NCBI GenBank assembly: GCA_040954595.2 | Contig: CM082585.2 | Coordinates: 11,327,451 to 11,391,450 of the forward strand | DNA from: Balanoglossus misakiensis | Taxonomy: Eukaryota > Animalia > Hemichordata | Direction: 5' to 3' | Length of the DNA: 64,000 bases | Shown: one piece after another, positions 9,861 through 22,800 of the stretch | How the letters are laid out: every line of letters begins with the position of its first letter | Numbering within the stretch: the first letter of the stretch is position 1 | The notes under the pieces: generated by a model | The model's database searches: none | Seen by the model: only the letters and a program-made list of their open reading frames with translations | What the model was told of the DNA's origin: nothing | Position numbers and translations under genes: made by a program

Positions 9861-11613
9861 CTGGGAAGAGGGCAAAATAGAAAACATGTCATTGCAGAAC
9901 AATTAGACTAGAAACTATATTAGACACACAGAGTAAAATCACTGTACATGTTATCAAGAGTTACAGCTATACTATCCCTTCAAAAATACTAGCATATAAA
10001 GTTTAAACGCATACACTAATATGTCTACCAAACCAACTGGGATATCTTCTGTTCAGATTGTGTACAAAGAGTACTGGCTGTTGCAGGCACTGTACAGAGA
10101 AAATAAGGTCTCAAAAATATCTTACCCTGCTGATGATCACCATGAGTATATTCATTGACTGAAGAAATGCCAAGGCATTGTATGGAACAATACCACTCAA
10201 TAATATGTACATGATACCAATGTAGACGCCTGTAAACATCCCTGCTTTGGATGTGCTGCCACCGTAGTGCAAACAAAGAGAACCAATAGCACAGGACTGG
10301 ACGGCCAGGAAGAAGCTCTCTCCCCAAGCTCTGCAAGACAGGTAAGATCAGGAGTGTAAACACACACATCAATGCTTTCTTAATTACAGGGTGTAATCCT
10401 GTTCGTGGGCACACACAGTACAGGTATGGGTAACAGTTGCTGGCAAGTCAAAGTAGAGGTGAAACTGCTACAATGTACATCATTGCATACAATTTGCTTG
10501 CTACTTTGTATTACACTACACATCATTACAGCACCATTACTTTTTATCACATTACCACTAATGTACTTAGAGTAACATATACCAAACTGCCAGTACAGGA
10601 AACAGCAGACTTTGCTTTGAAAGTTTTTTCTTTACTCTTGTTTTCAGTAGCCGAGAGAACTTGCCACATAGGGGTATTCCTGAAGATTTTCGGAGCCAAG
10701 AGTGGAGAGGGCATCAGTATTCTCAGTGTGGAATTCAAACACCACACTGAGAATACTGATGCCCTCTCCACTCTTGGCTCCGAAAATCTTCAGAATTTGT
10801 GGAAGTTTTACTGAAAACAAGAGTAAAGAAAAAACTTTCAAAGCAAAGTCTGCTGTTGATCCTGTGACGTAGGCAGTTTGGTATACCTGGTTACTCCTAA
10901 ATCTTAGTGGTAATTGGCCCATCTAAACACTATGAAAAATAGCCAACAGAGATTTACTTACCTATAACAGAACCCAAAATGATAAGTGTACCTAACCCTT
11001 TACTAATTGCTGCCTTTAGACATGGTACTGTAAAAAAAAAAAAAGAGTTCACATTGGTTGGTGAAAATCTACATCAGTCAAGGATCTGTCCCCTGTAAAA
11101 TTTGCTCCAACCATGGAGGTACTAGTACCTCCATGCTCCAACTTGCTCCATGAGCACCGGATCAGAGAATACAGATCAATGCAATGGTACATCTTTATAT
11201 TGATCCATCCACACATAACTATGAAAAAGCAAACCTCGAGCTAAGGTACTGCAGCTTGGTGAGGTCGACTAATCGTACATGTAGCTCTGCGTGGAAGGAT
11301 TGAGTAGTGTAACGGACTACGCCAATGGCTTGTAGCGTATCCGGTAACACGAACAACACACGGCCTGTTATGCCACGTAGAACTAAAGCTTGACCGGGTA
11401 CCAGCATTTGAAGGTACCGGTAAGCCGGACGCGGACATCCGTATTCGGACAACTAATGCTTAACGTAATATTCTAACCAATATATACCCCCTCCAACGAG
11501 GGGTAGTGGGTTAACTTACCATCGAAGAAGTTAAACTCGACGAAGAACTCGTCGTAACAATGCTCTGTTAAGAAAATCAGCACAAGGCTTTTAAAGAGAC
11601 TGGCAGCCGCCAT
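9639..11613 (-). CDS. MPDU1: Mannose-P-dolichol utilization defect 1 protein, copy B; 5 exons; exon 3 corrupted in this sequence by an inverted duplication
   Basis: Exons complement(11520..11613, 10962..11027, ~10666..10810, 10126..10330, 9639..9860). Same intron positions and phases as copy A. Motifs [53 protein letters not shown]; C-terminal KTKKE. Exons 1, 2, 4 and 5 have no stops or frameshifts. Confidence 0.9.
10126..10330 (-). CDS. MPDU1: MPDU1 copy B exon 4 (AWGESFFLAVQSCAIG...NILMVIISR)
   Basis: Acceptor CTTGCAG|, donor AGG|GTAAGA; 205 nt. Confidence 0.92.
10551..10914. repeat. Long imperfect inverted repeat (fold-back) centred on copy B exon 3
   Basis: Perfect arms 10680-10731/10742-10793 (52 bp) and 10601-10649/10809-10857 (49 bp), a 10-nt loop at 10732-10741, and gapped matches out to 10551/10914. 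Confidence 0.95.
10666..10810 (-). CDS. MPDU1: MPDU1 copy B exon 3 ([26 protein letters not shown]... then aberrant); 3' boundary uncertain
   Basis: Good acceptor TTGTTTTCAG|. The first ~26 codons match copy A, then the sequence becomes its own reverse complement. A YPY-V remnant (copy A: FPF-V) survives but is followed by GGCAAGT instead of GTAAGT. Confidence 0.7.
10962..11027 (-). CDS. MPDU1: MPDU1 copy B exon 2 (VPCLKAAISKGLGTLIILGSVI)
   Basis: Acceptor T-tract-ACAG|, donor G|GTAAGT; 66 nt. Confidence 0.92.
11112..11135. mobile_element. 24-bp perfect palindromic insertion with 7-bp target-site duplication (minimal MITE-like element or footprint)
   Basis: CATGGAGGTACT-AGTACCTCCATG flanked by CTCCAAC at 11105-11111 and 11136-11142, in copy B intron 1. 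Confidence 0.65.
11520..11613 (-). CDS. MPDU1: MPDU1 copy B exon 1 (MAAASLFKSLVLIFLTEHCYDEFFVEFNFFD)
   Basis: ATG in AACATGGCGGC context; donor G|GTAAGT; 94 nt. Confidence 0.92.
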
Positions 11614-11920
11614 GTTGACTTAGGGCAAAGGTCACAAGCCTCGATCTGATAACAAAGCGTCAACTTTCGGACACAGCAATTCAACAGGTTGCTGTCAATT
11701 GACCGTTGGATGTCTGAAATTTGCTCTGCTTACAAAATTGTGTCTCCTATAATCTTATTGTTTCCTTAATGATTTATCATTTGTTTGATTTACTTTAGAC
11801 TTAAAGGAATGAAAATAGTCGCGAGAGGGCGTAAATGAACGCTCCACAGACGAGAGAAATTTCTCCAGAAACAGTCGACTGAGAAACAGACAGATTTTTC
11901 TATACACAACTAAACACAAC

Positions 11921-12178
<258 letters not shown>

Positions 12179-15100
12179 CCCTCCCCCTCTTTCTTCCCCC
12201 CTCCCGCTGATGTAATGCTACTTGAATACGTAAAAAGAAAAAGAAAGAAACAGAAAAAAATCACACAATTCCTTAGAGAAATTCTCTTTAATAATTTCAA
12301 CTGAAAGCGACAAATCTTTATTATAAGACCGACTGAAATGCGCAACCACTACCCCCGACAGTGAAAAAATTATCAAAATTATTGTAGACAAAACTTCAAA
12401 CCAAGAATAAACATTTATTGCCGACCCAATATCACGACATATGCATTCTCAATCGGAAAATTGATAGGGTGGCGTGTTTTATTAGTTCGCATACGGTGCC
12501 CAGGTCCTCTAAGTTCACCGTCTTGAATAACAAAACACTTTGGGATCAAAGGTCAAATCAAACCGTTTGGTTCGAGGGTACGGTACTCAATATATTTATG
12601 ATATTTATGTGTTTTGTAATTTTGCCATACTGTACGGTGGCTATCGATCATATTTTGAACCCGACAACTTGGAGAGGACCTGTTCGTTCGATTAGCATTT
12701 AACCGGTTATTGATGCCCTCAGCCTGTTATCCATTTTCGTTATCAGAATAATAATAACTCTCCCATTCTGTTCTTCGATTATTTTAACCAGAAACCCCGC
12801 GCTCTGAGAAGTAAAGGGGTCGATGGCGTGCATAAATTGCCGAATAAAACGAGACGTGAGACAACCAGTCAGTGTTGTCAATGGCAACGCACATATGTGA
12901 ATGTGCAAGGGAATGTTCAAACTTCATGCAGATGGATAAAATATATTTTTGTCACTTAATACCACCCCTTGTTTCCAAAGAAATCAGTAATTAGTTTTCG
13001 AAGCTACGATATATGACCTTACTTGCACATTGTGAGAGCCAGATGTCCTTAAATGAGTCTGTGTAAGATTTTTAAAACACAACCAATGTTTTTGTTTTAT
13101 TTCAGTTCGGCGACGCAAGGCGGTCACCATGGTACCCGGCACAAACTTGCGCGCCTTCTCATAACCATATGGTCAAATAACGTGTTTCCATGGGAGTCTG
13201 GTGTAGGGTTGGGAACAGAGCGAGGAAATTATGGGATCGGATCCATTTTGGCCGTCGGTGTCGTCGATATAGGGCCCACTCAGACTATGTGACCACCAGC
13301 ATTTTGAGAGTTGAACTTTAAAAAGCCAAAAAGAAGGTGAAAAACGGTTTTGCTCCTGAAAAGAATACCTTCGTCTTCAAGGGCAAGAGCCATTTACAGA
13401 TTACAATTTACAATGATCTGTCTCTGCACAGATTAAATTTGCTGTTCACAAAAGCACCAAGAGATCATCTTACTGGTATGTCTGAATAATTTACTAGTGT
13501 GCAACTCGTAAAATGTTAGCACATGAATACCACCTGCAATATGGAGTTCAACAAGATTTGACTAGATTGGGGCTTAATACTATTTTCTGGCGTTAAAGTT
13601 TAGATATTAATGCAATCTATAGGTTTCCATGTCATGGCATTGAAATTTGATATTCCTACTATTGAAATATGGCGATAATGATATTTTTCGAGTCCATGGC
13701 AGACATATGATCTCTGAATGTTTTGGCGCCAGAATGACAAGCGTTTATTTGACGACACATTTGTCATATACAACAGAAGCGGAATCTACTATGTAGCACG
13801 ATGTATTAAAGGGACATTGTCATCTAACACGTACAACAGAATCAGCCTTCAAGTGTACATTCGGTACGTACACATGATTACTACAACTTATTCACCATTA
13901 TTATGCGGTTGGACTAAATCAACCTCCACGGATAAATTTGTACATATCAGACAAATCGCCATGATTGGATTTCAATACATGCATGTATATTTCTCCATTT
14001 TCCATGTGTGCGGTGGAAAGTAAGCTACATACAGCAACCGCCTAGTGCCATAAATGCCAAAATAGTTGGTGTGAACACGCCGCCGACTCTTCGCCGAGGC
14101 ACCGAAGTTATCGTATCATCTCTAACCCTGGAACAGTTTTAACTCATTATTTCCCGCCGATTTACTCGTCAGTGAAAGCATTGGTTCTGCAATTGACACT
14201 TGCCTTGCAGCGTCGGCTATCTTTCTTTGGCGGACGCCAATTAAAGATGGTCTCGACTGTGAGGAAAATGTATAGCCCCTACCACGCTCTAAACTAAAAC
14301 ACCGCTGGAAGCATCGATCGCGCGGGCGAGTATGTAACAGGTACTTCATATTTTGGACAAGGATGAAAATGCGAACGACAGGGATGTGTTAGTAACCGCA
14401 CTTTGGCGGTAAAGAAGCGATGGCCTGCAAGCACCAGAAGACGTATTCTGCAACATGATCAGACAAGTGAAATTAAAATTACAAAGTTGGTGTTCTCATC
14501 CCCATCGCTTCACTCCCTATATACACGTCTGTATGTAAAACCGTTAAGGTCGTTTTGCTCTTACAAGTACCTCCTTGCTAAAACGTGGCGTAATTGTCAT
14601 AACGCCTGGACAGTCATCGCGACAGATCAAAAACCACATTCATTTTGGCTATTTTAATGGAAAACGTGGTACTTTTATCTGCTACATGACAGGCCTTGCA
14701 TATTACCTCCCTGAGGGAAAAATCCCAGTCGAGACCAGCTCACCACCTTAATACCAGCTGCAGAGTCTATTTATGTACATAAACCGAACGCCGAGCTCAC
14801 ATTCAAATATTCATGGTCGCAGAAGATTTTCTTTTCTTTGTGAGAAACAGCGCACCATCACGACACTGTTTTGCTAGCAGGCAGGAATTTGATTGAAAAT
14901 AGTGCAAAGGAAAATGGTTTCCTCGTCCAAAATTAAGAGCGACTGTATGAAAAAATACACAAATTTATATCATCGATGGAAGGCCATTGCAATCTGGAAA
15001 TGTGGGATGAAAACAAAACAATATTGACTAAACATTGTTTCCTTTCAAAACACGACAAAGATGCTAGGTTCAACATAATACGGTGCCCGGTCCCATGTAC

Positions 15101-18100
15101 ATAATAAATATTTATCATTGATTATGATCATTATCATTAATTTTTGATCGTTGTTTTAATACTTATTGCTCACCAATGCATAAATAAATAAACAGATACT
15201 AAAAGGGTCAAAGTCACCTTCTATGGCATTAAGAAGAATGTTGTTATTGGAACACCAATGTCGAATTCTCACTATTCTCACCCTACCATCGTGGGATATA
15301 TTGAGGGGATCGGAGAACTGAGAGAAAAGGGTTCTAGGGTCTTGGAAAGACCACGTGCGTGTGGAGGGGAAGGAGGGGTGGAATGTGGAGGGAGAGGGAG
15401 AGAAATGAAGTGCGTTTGTTGGGGGGTGTCCCAATAGACGGAAAAGATGAGTTTAAAAGCGGACACATGTGGGCCGGCTTATGAGTAGGAGACGTTATAT
15501 TGATTCAAAGAACATCATTTCATTCTCCCGTTCCTAGAATGAAAATCTTGATAATAAAGGGCAGGGGTCTGTTGTATGTAGACTTGGATTTGAAACTATT
15601 GGGTTAAACTGGTTGATATACTACTGTCTTCCAAGCACTTCGGGAATTTGATGCTTGATGTTTTCTCTGACGATTTTCAGTTTCTCATACCAGTGACGAA
15701 AGTGAGTCGTCGTTTAGCACCATTACGTGGGAAATGGTGATTTGTGGCGTCGTCTCGTTCAATCTCGTCGAGAAACTGCTACTCCGAGGTAAAAAGACCC
15801 CGCCTAAATTACAATAATGACGACATGCGAGTCGCTTCGTCTTTGTGGTGATCTGGGGAATGAACGAGGGTGTGAAGTAGAACTGTTTAATTCAAAAAAT
15901 TACTGCGTGCTTAGGGAACGACAAAAGCTCCCGATAATATAGGTGTTATTACGGCCTTAGTATTAATGGATTGGTAACGAATATTAGCTGTCATCAACGG
16001 GCGGCCTGATGTGCAGTGACAAGCCCGTCATTACTGGTTGTACGATTCTACCAAATAAATGATCACGCCCGCGGCGGCGGCTGTTCTAATCGCTTAACAG
16101 TTCACGGGAGAAGGAATATGAAATAAAACCGAGCTGCGCCGATGATATTACAAGCTCTGCTCGACTACATGGCGGCTTGCGCAGGCCGCATGGAGAACGA
16201 ATTCTTGTCAGAGTGATAGCGATTCTGTCTCTTGAGACGTGGGAAGTTTCAGTTTGATATGCCGCTTTAGCTTGATAACTTTGCAGATTGTAATATTGGT
16301 TCAGCGCGCAGACGTCTCGGCCGTTTTCAGCCCTGGGCACAACGCCGCCAGCGGTAGATCGTCGTTAATGATTAATACTTAATATGCAAACTTTCTGTTA
16401 CCGGGGAAACACCATAAATAAAATATACGCAGCAGTAATTTTGATGAATCCCGACCTGCCTGTCTCTTACTTCCTGGGATATTGTTAATGAATTCTGGCT
16501 AATGACACAGATCTTGTTCAAGAAAGAATGCGTGCTCTTTGCCGACAGAAGGTCGCACAAATAATTGCTCAGCCAAAATTATGAAATAGGGGATCAGACA
16601 TGTCTGGGACATCCGACTTAGAACTTTGGAAAATATAAACAAGCTTTAAGGAAAACTTCTGATGATATTTGAAATTGGAATTCGAATATCAAGATATTTC
16701 ACATTTTATCATGATATCGCAATTCAAGTAGGATGGGTGGTACATGTTTAATGTTTTCACTTGCATGAGGACAAATTCCCGCGTCAGCTAATCTACTCAA
16801 AGCTATCGTTTAAATTTTAACGTTGCAGGCCGAGAGAAAGAGGACAAAACGAAGGACTCTTACGTGTGCAATTTCCCGGCGCTTCTCTGGTCTTGCGGCA
16901 AAGCCTTGGCGAGGATTTTCATTCACCCGAGAGCTCCTGAAATAATCAAATTAGTACGAGTGGCTACCGGGTACGGTTCTATCTCAGATGAGGAGTTTTC
17001 CATTAAACATAGTACGCCGTGAGTGTGTTCTCTAGTCGACCGTACGGCGCCGAAATTAACAGCGTATGCCTGCGTCGACTCCGAATTTCACCGACCGGGG
17101 AAATTAATTTGCGCCCCTCGCTAAGAGAGCTTCGAATCTTTGTTACCATGGCAGCATGACAGTAAAAGTATGACGGGTGACGAAATTAAAATAAACGAGA
17201 TTTTGCTAGACTATTTATTTTGCTATTATTTTTCATGTTTATAGTACCCCTAATATTTCGTTTAATTATGACTTTCAGTGTTATTGGACGAGTTAACAGT
17301 AACGATAGAACATTATCGCGATTTCGAAACAGACATTGAAATTAACAGCGCGTAAGCGAAATCAACTTTTCCCTTCGCGGTCAAGGAATTTGTCCCACAA
17401 ATATATTGGTCCAATGCGCGATCGGTCACCTTTACTAACTTTGCTTATGGCCACAAAAAGAGGAGATATCCTAAAAAAACCTTCTATAGCGTCAGAAATG
17501 ATATGAATCTGCCACATCATCTATTCCAGGTTTTTGCTCAGCGACAAGAATGCGATTCGACCAGATTCGAGTGTCGGGATGTTATTGGACCTCAAAGCGA
17601 TAATAGTGAGATCAATTTTAGTTTTACGTGCAAAAATCCGGCCTTTTTATCTTCACAAAACCCAGTAATTACTGCTCTCCAAAAGAGCGGAATGTTTATT
17701 AAACATGATTTGTACGCGAAACTCCTTCGGTTGTCATGAAGTTTAGGCTTAAGTGATTCTGAATGGCGGACAGACTTATTTTTGTTCGGTTTTATTCTCT
17801 CTCAGTCGCCGTAACGTGCACGAGCGAAGTTTTTTTGGGCGGGAAAAAATCATCAATCTTTAATCGTGTCGAAAATCGTCTGCTGAGTTAGGTCGCTTCC
17901 GTTGGCGCTTATTCAAACTTCATCAGTGTCAGCCTCGATGATCGATCTTACAAATTTTACGGCTGGGCCTTGTGGGGTTTATTTCCTCCAACGTCGCGCG
18001 GTCTGTGGTTGATGGATCGAATCAACTCTTGATCAAAATGGTTAGACTGTTTATTTTGGGCCGTGTCCGTGCAGTTGGCAAACATCTTACAGCCCAGATA

Positions 18101-19752
18101 GGCGCAAATTGAGCAAAACTCTTCCATCCAGCCAACAGGTGCATGCGAAAAAGGTGATTAAAAACTACCTCCGAGCGCTTCCTGTAACTCTCCCGTCTTC
18201 ATAACATGTCAGTTCCACTTTTTTTATCACCGAGACGTTTGTTGCCGGGTTAAATTTGCCATTATCTAAGTATAGTTCGGATAGCGGTTTATTGGAATAG
18301 ATTTTTGTTAGCCAGGGGTTTTCGTGGGTAATTACAGGACATTACGGGATAGCTTCCGTACGACAAATGCAATATCCATAGAAGAGATATATCAAAGCCA
18401 ATATTATGACCTCCCCCCACCCCTAGAAACCCTAACACCGGCCACACGGACTCGTAACAAGTTGTTCCAGCTGAATATTTTATATTTGCCATAACTTTAT
18501 TAAAATGATGCAAATTCTTATGAAAAGTTCCATTTTTGTCAATGATTTGTGTTCAATGCTGTGGCCTCTTGCGAAATTCTGGACGATACATTGTTTACGC
18601 GACCGACGACAAACGCCCGCACTTTTGGACACTAATTTGATTTCGAACTTGACACAAATTGTAACACCCTTGTGAATGATTAATATTATTGTGGTGTAAT
18701 TTTCCTCCGACTTCAGTGTAGTACACCGTTGTCAAGGCCGACTGACGACCGCAACATTTCTTTGTACAAGACCCTGCCTAATTGTGCTTTCGTTGAAAAC
18801 TAATTATTCCTTTCATAATATTGTCATCGTTCTTCGAGTGTCGAATTACAATGCGCGGGACTGGCGTGTGTCGCTGAGTCAACTACAGCATCATAATTCC
18901 GCCATTATTATTTACAGATCCAGCGATTTATCTCTGTCAAATTTTCGAGATGAGAACGACGACGAACCGACGACAGGCCGCCGAAAGACAGATCAGAATC
19001 CGGTAATTTGGGCGACAGTAACCGGTTCCCTATACAAGTTTCACCGACACTCACTAATTGGCAGGGATCAGCTCAAAAGAGTGGCCAAACATTTTTATAT
19101 CTTAGACTTTAAAACCCTGAAAAAATTCACTGCATATGTCAAACCATTCTTATATTACCTTGAGTCCATTGAAAATGTCCTCGATTCGTCGAATTCAGTG
19201 AAATTGTACCAAATTTACCATTTTTTGCAGTAAAGAGATCATTGCTTTACTTTAGGGTCTCTAACTCAGTGAGTAACCATGGAAACGAATGATGAAGTTC
19301 CCAATTTCCTCTTTAATAGTCTAATTTTGGCAATTTACTTGTACGTGAGGGGAAAAAAACGACTGTCGTAGTCCCAGTCCAAATATTTGAAATTGTCTAC
19401 AAGGTCCTCACCGCGAAAACCGATGTCGAACTTGATGTTCGTCACAAAACGCGAGAGAGACTTAGCCTCGCCGTATTTGGATGCAACTTTTCCGCTTGCA
19501 AATCGGTGGACGTTTTTTTTTTTTGATAAATCGATTTTTGTTTAATTTCACGAGCTGTATGGTCGTGTAATTGGGAGTTCAAGTAACGAACGGTGTCGAA
19601 GTATCATGGAGCCGACGACTCCCCATCTGAACCTTTTTGTTCAGGCCATGCAGAGGACAGATTTTGTTTCGTGATATCATTAATTGAAAAAAATACATCA
19701 TGTCGCTTGAAAAAAGCTTATGTGTATGTACACTATGTACACACGCACACAA

Positions 19753-19852
19753 TTATATATTATATACATATATATAGAGAGAGAGAGACAGAGAGAGGGA
19801 GAGAGAGGGAGAGACAGAGAGAGAGAGAGAGATATAGAGAGAGGGGGGGAGA
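19753..19852. repeat. Compound (TA)n(GA)n microsatellite
   Basis: Directly visible; explains the RERE/SLSL low-complexity ORFs here. Confidence 0.9.
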
Positions 19853-22800
19853 CGCCAGTTTGCATAGAAAATATTATTATGAAGGAGCTCGGTATAAACA
19901 CGAGTCTGCTTTTGAAAATTCACCAGGGATGTTTTATTTACACTGCCCTGGCCGGGATCGACATTGGAAATTAGTTTTAGCCTTGGGAAATTAATTAATA
20001 TGCATGGTATCTCGCTGTTATGATCGAAGCAATATTTAGACATATAAATGATTGTTAATTATAAATGGTTGGAACCTAAGTGAAATTGATAGCAAAACCA
20101 ATATACGCAAATGTTTTAAGACATGTTGTAAATTGCACTAGCTACAGGGGGTCGGTAAATTTCGGACTCTGTCGTGTTTCTTGGCCGTCAATTAAAATGA
20201 ATTCCCAGAACGTTTATTCCCTTTTATTTTGTGGCAGTAGATTTTGTTCCGAATTTTGACATTTTCTGGTGAAATCCGTTCTTGATATGGAATGGCTGGC
20301 CTTTGTAGTTAACCACGCTGGAAAGGCGTTTTTGTGGGGGTTTTGTGTCTGCCGCAATATACATATAGACGGGGATCTTCATAAGCGATTTTCTGCTGAT
20401 CGCTAGAACACTATTGTGATTGGCATTTTGCCGCATTAATTGATAAGACCGCTCTAATGAATATGACCGAGGCGGGGACCTAATCGTGCTGTACAATGGT
20501 TTTATTTGTAAGTCAATAAGACCGAGTCAGTCGTAAGCAGACTGCGGAGCCTAGGGGTCACCTAACCCGAACTCGCGTTAATCCAATAGTTCTGTGAAGC
20601 TGGCGATGAAATGAATGACTTCGCCGCGACCCAGAGCTATTGCGCTATTAGAATACGCAACGGCTTGTATCAATTGTAACGATACTCCCTTTTGAAGGGA
20701 ATGATTGACGCTGTCACATCAACGCTGGTGACAGATGGAAGAAACACAGTCACGAACTACTTCAAAAATTGATGAACTGAATTAGGCGATTCGTAACGAG
20801 TTAGCCTTAATTGGAACATGGAATAGTTCAAGATTGCATATCCCCAGAAAAAAATCTCACTCTAATCAGGCAAACAGATTTCTTCTCAATTTTATCATTA
20901 AAGACATATTTTCTATTTAAAACAGAGATTTTCGTTTGGATAATTGAGCTGGGCTGAATGAGCGAGCGCTTGAAGCCACGTTGAGTCGACGGAATGAATG
21001 AATTTTTACGGATATCATCGGCGCCGTGTCACCCGGAGAGAAACCTACCCTTTGACGAGCCTACTGTTTCTTGATTTTTTTATTCATTGTAAAATCGAAA
21101 GGTCAAATCGGTGCCACTTTTGCAAAATAGATTCGGCATTTAACGGACTTCTTCGGTTTCTTTTTTAATCAAACGATCTGAGTTTCAACTGGGGTTGCAT
21201 TCTATCTGCCCTGGTGTCACGGTTGGGGCATGTGCCGAGGCCGACGTGGATCTCGCAACAGGTCGGTGACTCGCTTGGAGCGTGCATCTCCGTATCACTC
21301 TCTCTCCGCTGTTTTTCAGCGGTCGTACTCGCTTGGTTGCCGTGGCGACCCCCGCCATCGCAAGGTGTTCCGGGGTCACGGGGTTAATTGAAAAAATGAG
21401 GATGGGAACCCAAGCAACAATATCGGGTGAAGTCGTGCGCTGATTGATTCATTAGTGGCATAGAATGTGTTTTTGTCCTCTAGGTCTTGCATTTAGCCGG
21501 ATAAAATGGCACAAAACAAGACGTCATACTCGAACCCCGCGACTCAAACACACGAACACATCATCTAGCTCCGATTTCATCCAGCACACCCATTAATAAA
21601 AAAAATACCGACTAAAGATCAAGAGTTGTCTATTAGCGTAGTAAATCTTATGCTTAGATATATGAAAAACAGTAAAAATCACCATTAAAACCGTCCTGTG
21701 CTCTAGTGATATTAAAAAAGTGCGGTCGTATAAGTTTTAATTGGTGTTTGATCCCTCGATGATATAGAATTGGGACGAAAAGAATGACAGACCGCATAAA
21801 ATATACATATCTAAAACAATATCCCGTTGACGCTTCTTTAGAAATATGACTAACTACCCCTATAGCGATTATTTTACTCACGTTGTCAATTTCCGCGATT
21901 GATAAGCCCGTTACTCTTCTTATCGGTTTAGCCGGCCACTGACCACCTGTATGCGGGTATATGGCGGTGCAATTTATTACAGATTGGCAAATATCGCCTC
22001 GCGGAGAGTCGAAACCGTGGGGGTAAAATCGCTTCGATCGGCCGCGCTGTTCTTTGTAGCGTGACTGATTTATCACCAGTGTGTGTGAGACTGAGCGTCA
22101 ACTTTGGTATTTAATTCTCGCGCGCGCACACCCGGGTGGATGCGAGTCGGTTGGCCTTCAAGAGAGCCGGGGTTGTTGTACGCTGAAATGTGGCGTGCGA
22201 GGTTGGAACTCGTGGACCGGCTCTGTCTAGTCTTGCAGGTGTAGACGCAACACTAACAAGGGGATCGGAGCACTAATCCCCCCGTTCTAATTCCTGGATT
22301 AGTAATAATGATCATATCTGTCATCGGTTCCCACTGCGGCGTTGTTTTATTTAATAGCCATTATCCTCGGAAAAATGGGTTTTTAGTTGGGAAGCAAAAT
22401 CAGAACCGGGGCAACTGTTGAAAAATGACCCTCACCCGCCTGGGGTGTTGAAATCGAGCATGCGTGATGAACACCAGTCAGTTTTTATCGCCATTAAGAA
22501 TGTCAGGTGTTCTATGAAAATTTATATCCCTCGTTTTTCATCCGAATTACACATCTTCCGGATGCGCGCTCTAAAATGTGTTTTTTTTTCTCTCTTTGAA
22601 TCGAAGAAGGGTGAGAAAGCGCGCGTCTGGGCTGCGGATTTCACCTGTTGTCTCATTTGAATAAAACCGCACTACCCACGGACCCAAAAATTTACACAAC
22701 TCATGGACAAGAGAAAGTTCAATGATTTCGTTTAAAAAATGGCCTACGTTTGGAGGTGGCAATAAGCTTGTGTGAATGAAGCAGGGTCGTTCGTTCACAA

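Noticed and set aside
10437-10814. Plus-strand ORF containing LKIFGAKSGEGISILSV, suggesting an antisense third MPDU1 copy
   Set aside because: It is only the mirror arm of the inverted repeat; no other plus-strand MPDU1 exons exist.
9639-11613. Calling copy B a pseudogene
   Set aside because: Four exons and all other splice sites are intact, divergence from copy A is largely synonymous in conserved parts, and the only lesion looks like a consensus artefact.
13106-13292. Possible exon after TTTCAG encoding GNYGIGSILAVGVVDIGPT, faintly like the ASCH-domain/EOLA1 motif GVIAGLVDIGET
   Set aside because: The match is short, an in-frame stop follows within four codons, and no other ASCH segments are visible. 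An HMM search against Pfam ASCH would settle it.
15717-15745. TAGCACCATT, resembling the 5' end of miR-29
   Set aside because: Only 10 nt match and there is no pre-miRNA-length hairpin. I recognised no other conserved miRNA, tRNA or complete hammerhead core by eye.
19593-20043. Overlapping ORFs with RERE/SLSL runs
   Set aside because: Translations of the (TA)n(GA)n microsatellite.
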